Below, piece after piece: positions 1 through 14,661 of a stretch of DNA of 64,000 nt; position 1 is the stretch's first letter, and the number at the start of each line of letters is the position of its first letter. The DNA is from an uncultured Gemmatimonadales bacterium. Its GTDB lineage: Bacteria; Gemmatimonadota; Gemmatimonadetes; Longimicrobiales; Longimicrobiaceae. The position numbers and the translations under genes are program-made. Under the pieces are notes generated by a model, which was given only the letters and a program-made list of their open reading frames with translations, was not told the DNA's origin and searched no databases. The stretch lies in the NCBI GenBank assembly GCA_963716255.1, contig OY970303.1:32001-96000 (forward strand), written 5' to 3'.

Positions 1-5689
<5,689 letters not shown>

Positions 5690-5801
5690 GACCTGCGGTA
5701 TGGGGATCTTGTAAGCGACGACCCGGCTCGTCGCGGGGAGATCTCGCCTGGCCGGGACGCCGCGACCGCTCGCCCTCGGCCAGCCATCTCTTTATTGTCA
5801 T

Positions 5802-5830
5802 ATCATATGCGCATATATCCTACCAATCAA
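5802..5830 (-). promoter_or_regulatory. Putative sigma70 promoter of the PKS/NRPS gene with an overlapping palindrome
   Basis: TTGATT-17-TATGAT in an AT-rich patch; perfect palindrome ATATGCGCATAT at 5805-5816. Confidence 0.55.
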
Positions 5831-6099
5831 GAGGGGATTGAGCTTTCCTGTTCGGCGTGGAGCGAAAGGAAGTGCCCGGCTCCGGAGGATTGGCACGGAC
5901 GCGTGTGCCGGGGACGGTCCCATGCGAGCACCGTCAGGCAGAGCCCCGGGCTCGCGAAGCCCATCGCGTTCAGGGGTTGCGGCTGGGCGAAGGCTACTGC
6001 TTCGCCACGGATGCCGCAGAACTGGAAGCGGAATGGCTACGCCCGACTCCGCTCTACCGCCTCCGGCCGGCCTTGAGCTACCTCTGCGGGCCTCGACGA

Positions 6100-6141
6100 C
6101 GCCGCAGGAAAAATGCTCGGAACGTCTGACTACTAACTCAG
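6100..6141 (-). mobile_element. Solo degenerate left end of the IS630 element
   Basis: 36/42 identity to the reverse complement of 9342-9383. Confidence 0.8.
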
Positions 6142-6231
6142 GATCGACAGGACGTGCCGCGTACCACTCCGGCTTGGGGACGGAGATGTCCGGAAGCATT
6201 CCGGGCCGGGCCGACACGCTTGCGGGCGCGC

Positions 6232-7419
6232 TCACGCCGGAACCGCGGCGACGGCCGCCACAGCCCCGGCTTCCCGGGCCGTCTCCTCGATCAGCCGGTG
6301 GATCAGCCCGACCCCCCGCCGGGTCCGTTCCATGCTCTCGGTGCCCACCGACACCCGGATGAAGCGGTCGCAGGAACTACCGTAGCCGATTCCGGGCACG
6401 GTGCTGACGCGGTGCTCCGAGAGCAGCCGCGTACAAAACGCATCGGACGACAAGCAGGATCGCCCGATCGAAACGAAGATGTAAAACGTAGAATCTCCGG
6501 GGAGATACGAGATTCCGCGCGCGTCCATGAAGCGGACCATCTCGCACCGCCTCCGCACGACCTCCGCGATCTGGGGCCTGGTGATGTCGAGGATCTCGTC
6601 GAAGTGCCGCTCCAGGTAGTGCTGGAGAATGGTCGGAGCGCAGGTGACGAGGTGCTGGTTGATCTTGAGCACCTCGGCCGTCAGCTCAGGACGGGCAATC
6701 ACGTAGCCGATCCGCCACCCGGACATCCCGTAGTTCTTGGACATCGAGTTGCAGATGATGGTGTGCTTCTTCTCCGGGTCCAGCACGCCGCACGAGAGGA
6801 AGCCGCCGTCCGGCAGGAACTCGCTGTAGGCCTCGTCCGCGAGGAGGAACAGGTTGTGCCGGTCCGCCAGGCCGTGCAGGTGTTCCAGTTCCTCCAGCGA
6901 AAGGACCTTCCCCGACGGGTTGTTGGGATTGTTCACGATGATCGCCCGGGTCCGCGGGGTGATGAACTCACCCACCTCGAAGACGCTCCTGTCGAAGGGG
7001 ACCATGACCGGAACGGCGTGGCAAAGCTTGACCTGCTCCGTGTAGCTCACCCACGCCGGCTCTAGGACCACGACCTCGTCTCCGGGATTCAGGACAGCCA
7101 TGAGCGACATGTGAATGGCGATCTTGGATCCGGCCGTCACGACGACCTCGGTGTCCGGGTCCACCGGCACCCCATAGTGCTCCCGGTAGTACGCCGCCAG
7201 CCGCCGCCGCAACCCCGGGATCCCACGGGAATGGGTGTAGTGGTAGCCGTCGGGCATCGGCAGCTCCGCGAAGCTGAACAGCGGGATGTCGAAGAATGCC
7301 TCGCCCAGGGACAGCACGATGATGTCCTCGCCCCGGGACTTCATCTCGTAGACGAGGTTGTTGTACCGGATCGACAGGGCTTGGGCGATGTCCTCCAGGT
7401 GCGCCGCGGGTGCCGGCAT
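6232..7419 (-). CDS. PLP-dependent aminotransferase class I/II (aspartate aminotransferase-like)
   Basis: Motifs LSLGE, NNPNNPSG, ADEAY and NSMSKNYGMSGWRIGY (PLP Lys); ATG 7419 preceded by GAGGA. Confidence 0.9.
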   Translation of the reverse strand: MPAPAAHLEDIAQALSIRYNNLVYEMKSRGEDIIVLSLGEAFFDIPLFSFAELPMPDGYHYTHSRGIPGLRRRLAAYYREHYGVPVDPDTEVVVTAGSKIAIHMSLMAVLNPGDEVVVLEPAWVSYTEQVKLCHAVPVMVPFDRSVFEVGEFITPRTRAIIVNNPNNPSGKVLSLEELEHLHGLADRHNLFLLADEAYSEFLPDGGFLSCGVLDPEKKHTIICNSMSKNYGMSGWRIGYVIARPELTAEVLKINQHLVTCAPTILQHYLERHFDEILDITRPQIAEVVRRRCEMVRFMDARGISYLPGDSTFYIFVSIGRSCLSSDAFCTRLLSEHRVSTVPGIGYGSSCDRFIRVSVGTESMERTRRGVGLIHRLIEETAREAGAVAAVAAVPA

Positions 7420-7619
7420 CTGAGTTCCTCCGGGTGAAGAGGTGAGCGCCGGCCGGATGCGAGCTGCATCCGACCATGGGGTGGCTCGCGCCGCCTGCAC
7501 ACTCGAACGAATGGCAGCGTCCATCGGTGTTGCCCCGGCGCGCCCGAGCGCGCCGTCGAAGCGAGGCGCCTCAGGCGTACGAGCGCGCCTGAAGCAGTTG
7601 CCAGGTCGCCCATGCTCTT

Positions 7620-8500
7620 CAGCCAGCCTGTGCCCCGGATTGGCCGTGAAAGTGCGATCACCAGCTCCTTCTGCCCCGACAGCCGGCCCAGCACTGCGGC
7701 CCAGCCCGCCAGCAGCGTCGCGGACAGCGTTGCCCCGTTGCGGCTGCCGAGCGCACTGAGCCCCGCGGTCACCTCTTCGTCCAGCTCTAGCCCGACATGG
7801 GCCACGGCGTGGTCCTGCTGCACGGAGCGTGGGAAGGCGGGCGGCGGCTCCGGCAGCTCCGATGCGCCCGCGAGCGTCTCCTTCCAGTACTCCGCCTGGT
7901 GCCGCAGCAGCCCACCGGACACCAGACGCTGCTGCCACGCGCGGTAGTCCGCGTACTGTACGGGCAGCGCCGGCAGCGGATCGGCCTTGGGCCGCGTACA
8001 GCACGCCCAGCTCATGGACGACGACGCCCGCGGACCACGCGTCGGAATCCATGTGATGGATGGTCACCAGCAGCACGTGATCCCGTGCTCCCAATCGGAT
8101 CAGGCGCCCGCGGACGAGCGGCCACCGCTCCAGAATGAACGGGGCGTCCGCCTCCTCGACCGCCGGCCGGCCGACCTCCGCCTGCGCCTCGACCTCCCCG
8201 TACCCGGTCAGGTCGTGCTCCAGAAGATGGAACCCGCTCTCATCGACCGGCGCGATACGCTGCTTCGGCTCGTCGTCAACCAGCCGGAGCGTCGTGCGGA
8301 GCGCATCGTGGCGTGCCACGAAGTGATCCAGCGCGCGGCCCAGCGCCTGCCGGTCCAGCTCGCCTCGAAGCAGCCCGGGGATGTGGGACCTCGGGCCAAG
8401 GCTTCCGACCGGCTCCAGCAGCCAGAACCGCTTCGGGCCCGAACGACAGCGGCAGCTCCTCGCCCCGGCCCACAGGCTTAATCGCCGGCAACTCCGCTTG
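7620..8500 (-). pseudogene. Frameshifted NRPS condensation-domain remnant
   Basis: LPLSF.., RHDALRT, HHMDSDAWS (HHxxxDG-like), LPVQYADY..WQ and YWKETLAG are spread over at least three frames. Boundaries are approximate. Confidence 0.85.
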
Positions 8501-8888
8501 GACCCAGTTCACCGTCAGCGACCGCGATGCGGAGGATGTCCGACCAGCAAGCCCGTCCATAGCCTGTCTCCCAAACGAATTCACGCAAGAGACGTCGAGG
8601 AGTCCGGCGATCAATTCCTCAACCTGCCAGCTTCACATGATTCCTGGCACGGCCCGATCTGCCCCGACTGAGGGGAAACAGGGCCTTTTCACGTGCCGCC
8701 TCGGTGGCTGAGGCGAGAAGGAGGTCGCGATTACATCGCGCCTGGCCGCAGCCCTCAATGTGGGGCTTCAATTATTTGGTGTCCGAAAATCAGCTAAGCC
8801 AAGGATACCCTCTCCGCTCTCCTCATGTCAATGCTTGATAGAGTTTTCCTTCGTTGACATGGGAAGAAGGAAAAACACCCTCGGATGT

Positions 8889-9300
8889 TCAGTTTCGGGA
8901 CCTGAACCAGGCGTAGTCGGCAGGGTTATTCTGCGGTGCCAGGCACAGGCGCAGCAGGTTCAGCGCCCCTCGGATCGAACCAGCAGACCCGGACTTCCAT
9001 GCGGCGGTTGACCTCGCGTGTCTGCTGCTCCACCAGGTTCGTCGTGCACTCGGCCGAGGCTTCTCGTAGAGGATCAAGGATGAAGTCTGTTCCAGCTCCT
9101 GCTGGGCCTTGCGGCTGATCCTGCCGATCCAGCACGTGAAAGCGCTCGTAGGGGCCCTTCTTCCGCGCCTGCGTCGTCTTCCGCAAGAGGATCCGCCCCA
9201 GCAGCTTACTCAGCCACTTGCGCCGCTTGGCCGGCACGCGGTCCTCGATCAGCGACGGTCCACTTCTGGGGTTACACATCCTGCGCGAATATCGGAGTGG
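8889..9300 (-). pseudogene. Probable degraded transposase C-terminal fragment (IS256/ISLre2-like)
   Basis: TTNLVEQQTREVNRRM continues in another frame as ..GALNLLRL, resembling a DDE transposase C-terminus. It is cut upstream by IS630. Confidence 0.4.
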
Positions 9301-9342
9301 ATGTAAGTGGCGCCTGGCCGCGGGCGCATGCCACGCCGTGCC

Positions 9343-10456
9343 TAAGTAAGTAGCCAGAAGTTCTGAGCACTTTTCCTGCGGCGCAGACTGGGCGCCCAGC
9401 ATCGGAGGAGAAGATGCTCTACGTACGGAATCTGAGCGAGGCCGAGCAGAAGGAACTGCGCCAAGGCGCTCGGCGGGAAGTGGGCCGAGTTGCCGAACGG
9501 ATGCGAATGGTTCTTCTCTCGGCCCGTGGCTACACGGTGCCACAGATCGGCACGATCTACGAGTGCGACGAGGCGACTGTGCGGCGCTGGATCGAGCGCT
9601 ACGAGGCAGACGGAGCCCAGGGGCTACGCGACCTCCCTAGATCCGGGCGGCCGCCGCGCGCCGACGCGGCCGCCCGTGACCAGATCAGGCGCATGGTCGA
9701 GGCCGGACCCGCCGAGGATGCTCAGCCGGGCTACTGGAGCGTGCTCGTCCTGGTGCTCCACCTGGGCGCTTCGGGGCTGGCGCTCTCGGCCAGCACGCTG
9801 CGCCGCTGCTTGCACGGGCTGGGCTTCGCTTGGAGGCGTCCGCGTCACGTGCTGCCGCGCGACCCGGATGCACCCTCGAAGATGCATGCGCTCGGGCAGC
9901 GCATCTTCCGAGCGCCGGCCGACGCAGTGATCCTCTGCCTCGATGAATGCGACCTGCACCTGCTCCCGGTGCTGCGCAGCATGTGGATGAGGCGTGGCCA
10001 GCAGCGCGACGTGCCCACGCCGGGCAAGAACCAGAAGCGCGGCATCTTCGGCGCCCTGGAACTGGAGACGGGGCGCTGGCTCTACCAGATCACGATGCGT
10101 AAGCGCACCGAAGACTTCGTCGCCTTCTTGGAGCACCTGCTCAGCAGCTACCCGGCGCAGCCGCTCCTGCTGGTCCTCGACAATGCAAGCATTCACCACA
10201 GTCGTGCGCTGCAAGCCTGGCTGGGTGAACACCCGCGCATCGAGTTGCTCCACCTACCCAGCTACGCAGGGCATCGCGAGAGCCCGGTGGAGAAGGTTAT
10301 GGTGGCGTCTCAAGAGCCACGTCGCCGCCAATCGCTTGCGCTCCAACATCGACACCTTGGTTGCCGCGGCCGAGCGATTCTTCGCCGATCTGACGCCTGA
10401 GGCCGCCCTCCGCCTGGCAGCCTGAAAACTCGACAGAACCTTTGGCTATCTACTTA
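9343..10456 (+). mobile_element. IS630-family insertion sequence
   Basis: Imperfect terminal inverted repeats at 9342-9375 and 10424-10457 (26/34). TA at both ends, reconstructing a CTAG target. Confidence 0.9.
9414..10425 (+). pseudogene. IS630 transposase with a +1 frameshift near 10298
   Basis: HTH, LPRSGRPP and DDE motifs (LDEC, VLDNA, PVEK). GAG AAG GTT A TGG TGG CGT CTC AAG shows one extra base in the expected PVEKVWWRLK. Confidence 0.85.
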
Positions 10457-10611
10457 GAACAAAGAAAGCGGCCCCGGGACAGTCCCGGAGCCGTTCTCTT
10501 GCCATCGCATCGCCGCGCAACAACCCGCAATCGGCCCTGGCCCCACCGCTGGCCCCACGCCGCCGTTTGCGCGCCGGACGCCGCGCTCGTAAGTTGTTGT
10601 CCTGCTTGAAG

Positions 10612-10682
10612 AGGCGCCGCCCGGATTCGAACCGGGGGTCGAGGATTTGCAGTCCTCTGCCTTACCACTTGGCCACGGCGCC
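10612..10682 (-). tRNA. tRNA-Cys(GCA)
   Basis: GGCGCCGTGGCCAAGTGGTAAGGCAGAGGACTGCAAATCCTCGACCCCCGGTTCGAATCCGGGCGGCGCCT; CCA is not encoded. Confidence 0.97.
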
Positions 10683-10708
10683 GTACTACGTACCCTTGCG
10701 GGCGCCAG

Positions 10709-10781
10709 AGCGGGCAACCGGACTCGAACCGGCGACCTCAACCTTGGCAAGGTTGCGCTCTACCAACTGAGCTATGCCCGC
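10709..10781 (-). tRNA. tRNA-Gly(GCC)
   Basis: GCGGGCATAGCTCAGTTGGTAGAGCGCAACCTTGCCAAGGTTGAGGTCGCCGGTTCGAGTCCGGTTGCCCGCT. Confidence 0.97.
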
Positions 10782-10797
10782 GCCAGAAAGGAGAGCA

Positions 10798-10826
10798 AAC
10801 ATAAAGACCGTCCCTGGGGTCGTCAA
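10798..10826 (-). promoter_or_regulatory. Putative tRNA promoter
   Basis: TTGACG-17-TATGTT. Confidence 0.65.
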
Positions 10827-10879
10827 CCCCGCGGGCCCGTGATTTTTTCGCCTTGCCGCGTCCCTCGCGGGGGCGCGCG

Positions 10880-10908
10880 TTGACAGCGTGGGAGCCGACC
10901 GCTAGCGT
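10880..10908 (+). promoter_or_regulatory. Putative promoter of the gene at 11002
   Basis: TTGACA-17-TAGCGT. Confidence 0.55.
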
Positions 10909-11001
10909 CCCCGCACCGCCGGCTCGGGCACGGGCCGGCGGTCCGAGCTGGACGCCCACGGCGCGGGTCCTCCTCCCGCCCTTCCGGAACCTGCGAGCCC
11001 G

Positions 11002-12426
11002 ATGAAGCGCTTTCCACGCGTGGCCGGTGCCTGCCTCGCCCTGCTCCTGTCGGCCGGAGTGGCCGCGGCCCAGGAGGACGCCCGCGTCCTTCCCCGCGGC
11101 TACCTGGCCCTCCGGGTGGGGGGCGAGTTCACCCAGTACGATTCGCGCCGGGGGGGTGGGAGCGAGGGGCTGGGAGCGCCCTTCGCCACGCCGCTCCCGG
11201 CGGAGCGCTTCCCCAGCCTGAGCGCCACGCGCGACTCGCTCGCCGGCTTCTTCCGGGCGAGCGCGCGGGCCGGCGACAGTTTCGCGCCGGCGGCGGACGA
11301 CTTTTTCCTGGGGAGACTGAGCGCCGACCTGGCGGCGGACCAGCGCCGCGTCCCCATCGCCGTGGAGGCGGGGCTCACGAGCCGGTTGATGCTGCGCCTC
11401 ACCGTTCCCGTGGTCCGCCAAGAAACGGAGCTGGTCTCGCTGCGGCTGGCGGACGCGGCCCTCGGCGCCAACCGCAGCCCCGATTCGCTCGCCGCGCGGC
11501 TGCGGGCGATCGACTCCACGCTGGTGCGCTTCGGGAGGCTCCCCTTCGTCCCCGTCGCGGGGTCGCGCGCGGGCAACGAGATGCAGCGCCGGTACACGCG
11601 CGCCACCGGCGACAGCACTCCCCTGCCCCTCCCGGCCGTGGGGCTGGGTGCCACCGCCCTGAACTCCCTGCTCCAGGCGAACGACCTGGGAAGCCTTCCC
11701 ATCGCTTCCGCCCCGGAGAACTACCGCCTGGGCGACGTGGAGCTGGCGGCGAAGCTCCAGCTGCTGGGCGGCACCGGCGGCGCCCTGTCGCCGCGGCAGA
11801 CCGGGACGCGGCTGGCGCTGGAGGCCGGGATCCGCCTTCCCACGGCGACCGGCACCGACGTGGACAGCCTCACCGAGATCGTGGGCGACGACGGCCACGC
11901 CGGCGCGAGCGCCGCCCTCTTCGCCGACGTGCCGCTGGGCCGCCGCCTGTGGGTGGGCGCGCAGGCCCGCTACGGCCTTCTCCTGGCGCGCGACGTGGAG
12001 CGCGCCACCTGGAACCCGCAGGCTCCGTGGGAAAGCCTGGGCGCGGCGCGGGTCTTCAGCCGCGAGCCCGGCGCCCGCCTGGAAGCCGCCCTCGCGCCCA
12101 CCTACCAGCTCACCGACCAGCTGGCCCTGTCCGCGCGCTACGCCTTCGCCCACCTGGGCGAGACCACCTACTCCGGCGACGCCGACCCCGGCTCCGCGCC
12201 GGCGGCCTTCGCCGGCCTGGAGAGCACCGCCGCGCAGACCCTGCAGACGCTGGGACTGGGCCTGGGCTACAGCACGCTGTCCGCGTTCGTGGAGCGCCGC
12301 ACGAACATCCCGCTGGAGATCTGGCTCACCTACGACACCGCCTTCGCGGGATCGGGAGGCGCCCCCGACGTGGGAATCGCCCGGCTGACGGGCCGCATCT
12401 GGGTGCCCGCGTGGGGAGGACGGTGA
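11002..12426 (+). CDS. Secreted, probably outer-membrane beta-barrel hypothetical protein
   Basis: Signal peptide ending AAA|QE; amphipathic strands; LGDVELAAK...GIRLPT resembles transporter-like OMPs. Confidence 0.7.
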   Translation: MKRFPRVAGACLALLLSAGVAAAQEDARVLPRGYLALRVGGEFTQYDSRRGGGSEGLGAPFATPLPAERFPSLSATRDSLAGFFRASARAGDSFAPAADDFFLGRLSADLAADQRRVPIAVEAGLTSRLMLRLTVPVVRQETELVSLRLADAALGANRSPDSLAARLRAIDSTLVRFGRLPFVPVAGSRAGNEMQRRYTRATGDSTPLPLPAVGLGATALNSLLQANDLGSLPIASAPENYRLGDVELAAKLQLLGGTGGALSPRQTGTRLALEAGIRLPTATGTDVDSLTEIVGDDGHAGASAALFADVPLGRRLWVGAQARYGLLLARDVERATWNPQAPWESLGAARVFSREPGARLEAALAPTYQLTDQLALSARYAFAHLGETTYSGDADPGSAPAAFAGLESTAAQTLQTLGLGLGYSTLSAFVERRTNIPLEIWLTYDTAFAGSGGAPDVGIARLTGRIWVPAWGGR

Positions 12427-12463
12427 ACGGGAGGGAACAGGGAACAGCCTGCAACTGAAACGG

Positions 12464-12498
12464 CGCCCCCACCGGAACCTCCCGGCGGGGGCGCTTTT
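12464..12498 (+). terminator. Intrinsic terminator
   Basis: GCGCCCCC...GGGGGCGC hairpin followed by TTTT. Confidence 0.65.
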
Positions 12499-12499
12499 C

Positions 12500-12690
12500 G
12501 TCGTTCGCAGTTCCCGCAGTACCCCTCGAAGTCGGTTCGGAGGGAGACTCGCCGGCGCCGCAGTTCATAGGCGCTGTGCGAGGCTCCCTCCGGCGCAGGG
12601 AGACAGGCCGGCTGTTTGGCCTGGCTCCCGGAGCCCGCGCAGGAGACGGACGGCCGTATCGTCCGGCTCCGGAGCGGCCCGCGGAACCCG
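12500..12690 (+). repeat. Intergenic repeat family A, copy 1
   Basis: Three GGAGAC-stem-loop-stem-GGCTC modules ending GAGCGGCCC. Confidence 0.85.
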
Positions 12691-12696
12691 GACGAA

Positions 12697-14373
12697 TTAC
12701 GCTACCCCGACCCCGCCGCGCTCCAGCAGCTCCCGCGCGTGCTCCAGCGAAACGGCGCTCTCGGGATCCCCGCCGAGCATGCGCGCGATCTCCTGCACCC
12801 GCGTGTCGTCGTCCAGGGCGAGCACCTCGGTGGTGGTGCGGCCCGCCTTCTCGCGCTTGACCACGAGCAGGTGGTTGTGCGCGCGCGACGCGATCTGCGG
12901 CAGGTGCGTGATGGCGAACACCTGGTGGCTCCCCGCCACCGCGCGCATCTTGTCGCCCACCTGGAGCGCGACGCGCCCGCCGATCCCGGTGTCCACCTCG
13001 TCGAAGATCAGCGTGGGCACCGAGTCCAGGCGCGCCAGGATGGTCTTGAGCGCCAGCATCACCCGCGCCAGCTCGCCGCCGGAGGCCACCTGCGCGATGG
13101 GCCTGGGATCGAAGCCCTTGTTGAGGGACACGCGGAACTCCACCTCCTCGGCGCCGTGCGCCCCGGGGGCGGGGAGCGGCAGCCCCAGCGCCTCGAAGCG
13201 GCCGCCGGTCATCCCCAGCTCGGGGAGCACGGCATTCACCTCCCTGGCCAGCGCGCTCATGGCCTTTGCGCGGCGGCGGCTCAGGTCGCCGGCCAGCCGG
13301 CCCAGCGCCTCGCCGGCCTCGCGCTCGCGGCGCTGCAGTTCCTCCAGCTCGAAGGAGGCCCCCTCCAGCAGGTCCAGCTCGCCGCGCGCCTTGTTCCCCG
13401 TCTCCACCACGTCCGCCAGCTCCGGCCCGTACTTGGTCTTGAGCCGGAAGAACAGGTCCTGGCGGCGGCGGATCTCCTCCAGCCGCTCCGGGTCGGCTTC
13501 CACCGAGCGGGTGTAGTCCTCCATCCGCTCGCCCAGCTCCTGCAGGGCGTAGTAGGCGGTGTCGTACAGCTCCTGGAGCGCGCCCTGCGCCGGGTCGATC
13601 CTCACCAGCTGGTCCAGCGGGCGCTGCAGGCTTCCCAGGCGCGAACCGATGGAGGAATTCCCCCCCGCCAGCGCCTCGTACAGGCTCCCGGCGATGGCGG
13701 TCAGCTCCTCGGCGTGGGAGAGGCGGCTGGACTCGGCGTCCAGCTCCTCTTCCTCGTCGGCTCGCAGCTTCGCGCCTTCGATCTCCTCCAGCTGGAAGCG
13801 CAGGAAGTCCACCCGCTGCGCCGCTTCGCGCCGCCGCTTCTCCAGCTCCTCGATGTCGCGGCGGGCGCCCAGCAGCACGCGGTACGCATCGGCCACCCCG
13901 GCCGCAAGCGTCTCGCTCCCGGCGTACGCGTCCAGGATGGCGCGCTGCTCCTCGCGGCGCAGCAGCGTCTGGTGCTCGTGCTGCCCGTGCAGGTCCACCA
14001 GCGCGCGCCCCAGCTCGCCCAGCACGCCGGCGGTGGTGGGCGAGCCGTTGATCCAGGCGCGGCTGCGCCCCTCCGCGGCGACCTCGCGCTTGAGCACCAC
14101 CACCCCGTCCTCCGGCTCCACCCCGCGTTCGTCCAGGAGGCGCGCGATGTCGTCGCGCCCACCCACCTCGAACACGCCCTCCACGGAGGCGCGGTCGGAG
14201 CCGGCGCGGACCACGTCGGCGGAGGCACGCTCGCCCAGCAGCAGGGAGAGCGCGCCGACGATGATCGACTTCCCCGCCCCGGTCTCGCCCGTGAGCACGT
14301 TGAGCCCGGGCGCGAGACGGACGGAAAGCTGGTCGATCAGCGCGAAGTTGCGGATGCGGAGCTCGGAAAGCAT
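12697..14373 (-). CDS. recN: DNA repair protein RecN
   Basis: MLSELRIRNF, TGETGAGKS, HGQHEHQ, ASGGELAR, IFDEVDTG, ITHLPQ. Confidence 0.97.
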   Translation of the reverse strand: MLSELRIRNFALIDQLSVRLAPGLNVLTGETGAGKSIIVGALSLLLGERASADVVRAGSDRASVEGVFEVGGRDDIARLLDERGVEPEDGVVVLKREVAAEGRSRAWINGSPTTAGVLGELGRALVDLHGQHEHQTLLRREEQRAILDAYAGSETLAAGVADAYRVLLGARRDIEELEKRRREAAQRVDFLRFQLEEIEGAKLRADEEEELDAESSRLSHAEELTAIAGSLYEALAGGNSSIGSRLGSLQRPLDQLVRIDPAQGALQELYDTAYYALQELGERMEDYTRSVEADPERLEEIRRRQDLFFRLKTKYGPELADVVETGNKARGELDLLEGASFELEELQRREREAGEALGRLAGDLSRRRAKAMSALAREVNAVLPELGMTGGRFEALGLPLPAPGAHGAEEVEFRVSLNKGFDPRPIAQVASGGELARVMLALKTILARLDSVPTLIFDEVDTGIGGRVALQVGDKMRAVAGSHQVFAITHLPQIASRAHNHLLVVKREKAGRTTTEVLALDDDTRVQEIARMLGGDPESAVSLEHARELLERGGVGVA

Positions 14374-14376
14374 GCG

Positions 14377-14391
14377 CGAAGATACACCGAA
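14377..14391 (-). promoter_or_regulatory. Candidate LexA box upstream of recN
   Basis: TTCGGTGTATCTTCG, 3 nt before the ATG; matches the repeats in the lexA promoter. Confidence 0.65.
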
Positions 14392-14437
14392 GGCAGAGAG
14401 CGGTTCGGACTTTGTGGACGGCGGTCTTACTGCATGT

Positions 14438-14569
14438 TTCGGGCGTGCCCCGGCTGGCGCCGGGTCGGGCTTCGGCTCCGTAGGGCTGCAAACGACGCAG
14501 CCCAACGGAGTCGAGCCCCCGCGAAACGGCCCGCGGGGTCTCGCCCCTTCGGGCCGAAATCCCTCACGC
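14438..14569 (+). repeat. Intergenic repeat family B, copy 1
   Basis: Similar to 23905-24036 and to the reverse complement of 44402-44533, with compensatory stem changes. Confidence 0.9.
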
Positions 14570-14602
14570 AACTGCTTGCCCGTTCTCAGGATCCAGAAGT
14601 TG

Positions 14603-14659
14603 CCCCCTCTCCCAGAATTGGGAGAGGGTGGCGAGCCTCGAGCGAGCCGGGTGAGGGCC
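14603..14659 (+). repeat. REP-like palindrome, family C
   Basis: CCCCTCTCCC..GGGAGAGGG..GGGTGAGGG. Confidence 0.75.
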
Positions 14660-14661
14660 GT

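Noticed and set aside
6232..8319. 695-aa ORF suggesting a condensation-aminotransferase fusion
   Set aside because: C-domain similarity leaves this frame near 7990 and the intervening sequence looks non-coding. The aminotransferase has its own RBS and ATG at 7419.
8820..8865. CATGTCAA...TTGACATG inverted repeat beside the transposase relic
   Set aside because: It could be an IS end or an operator, but there is no partner end or adjacent intact gene to support either call.
10280..10310. Programmed frameshift in the IS630 transposase
   Set aside because: There is no slippery A-run, and the shift falls just after the catalytic Glu rather than between the HTH and DDE domains. It is more likely a mutation or sequencing error.
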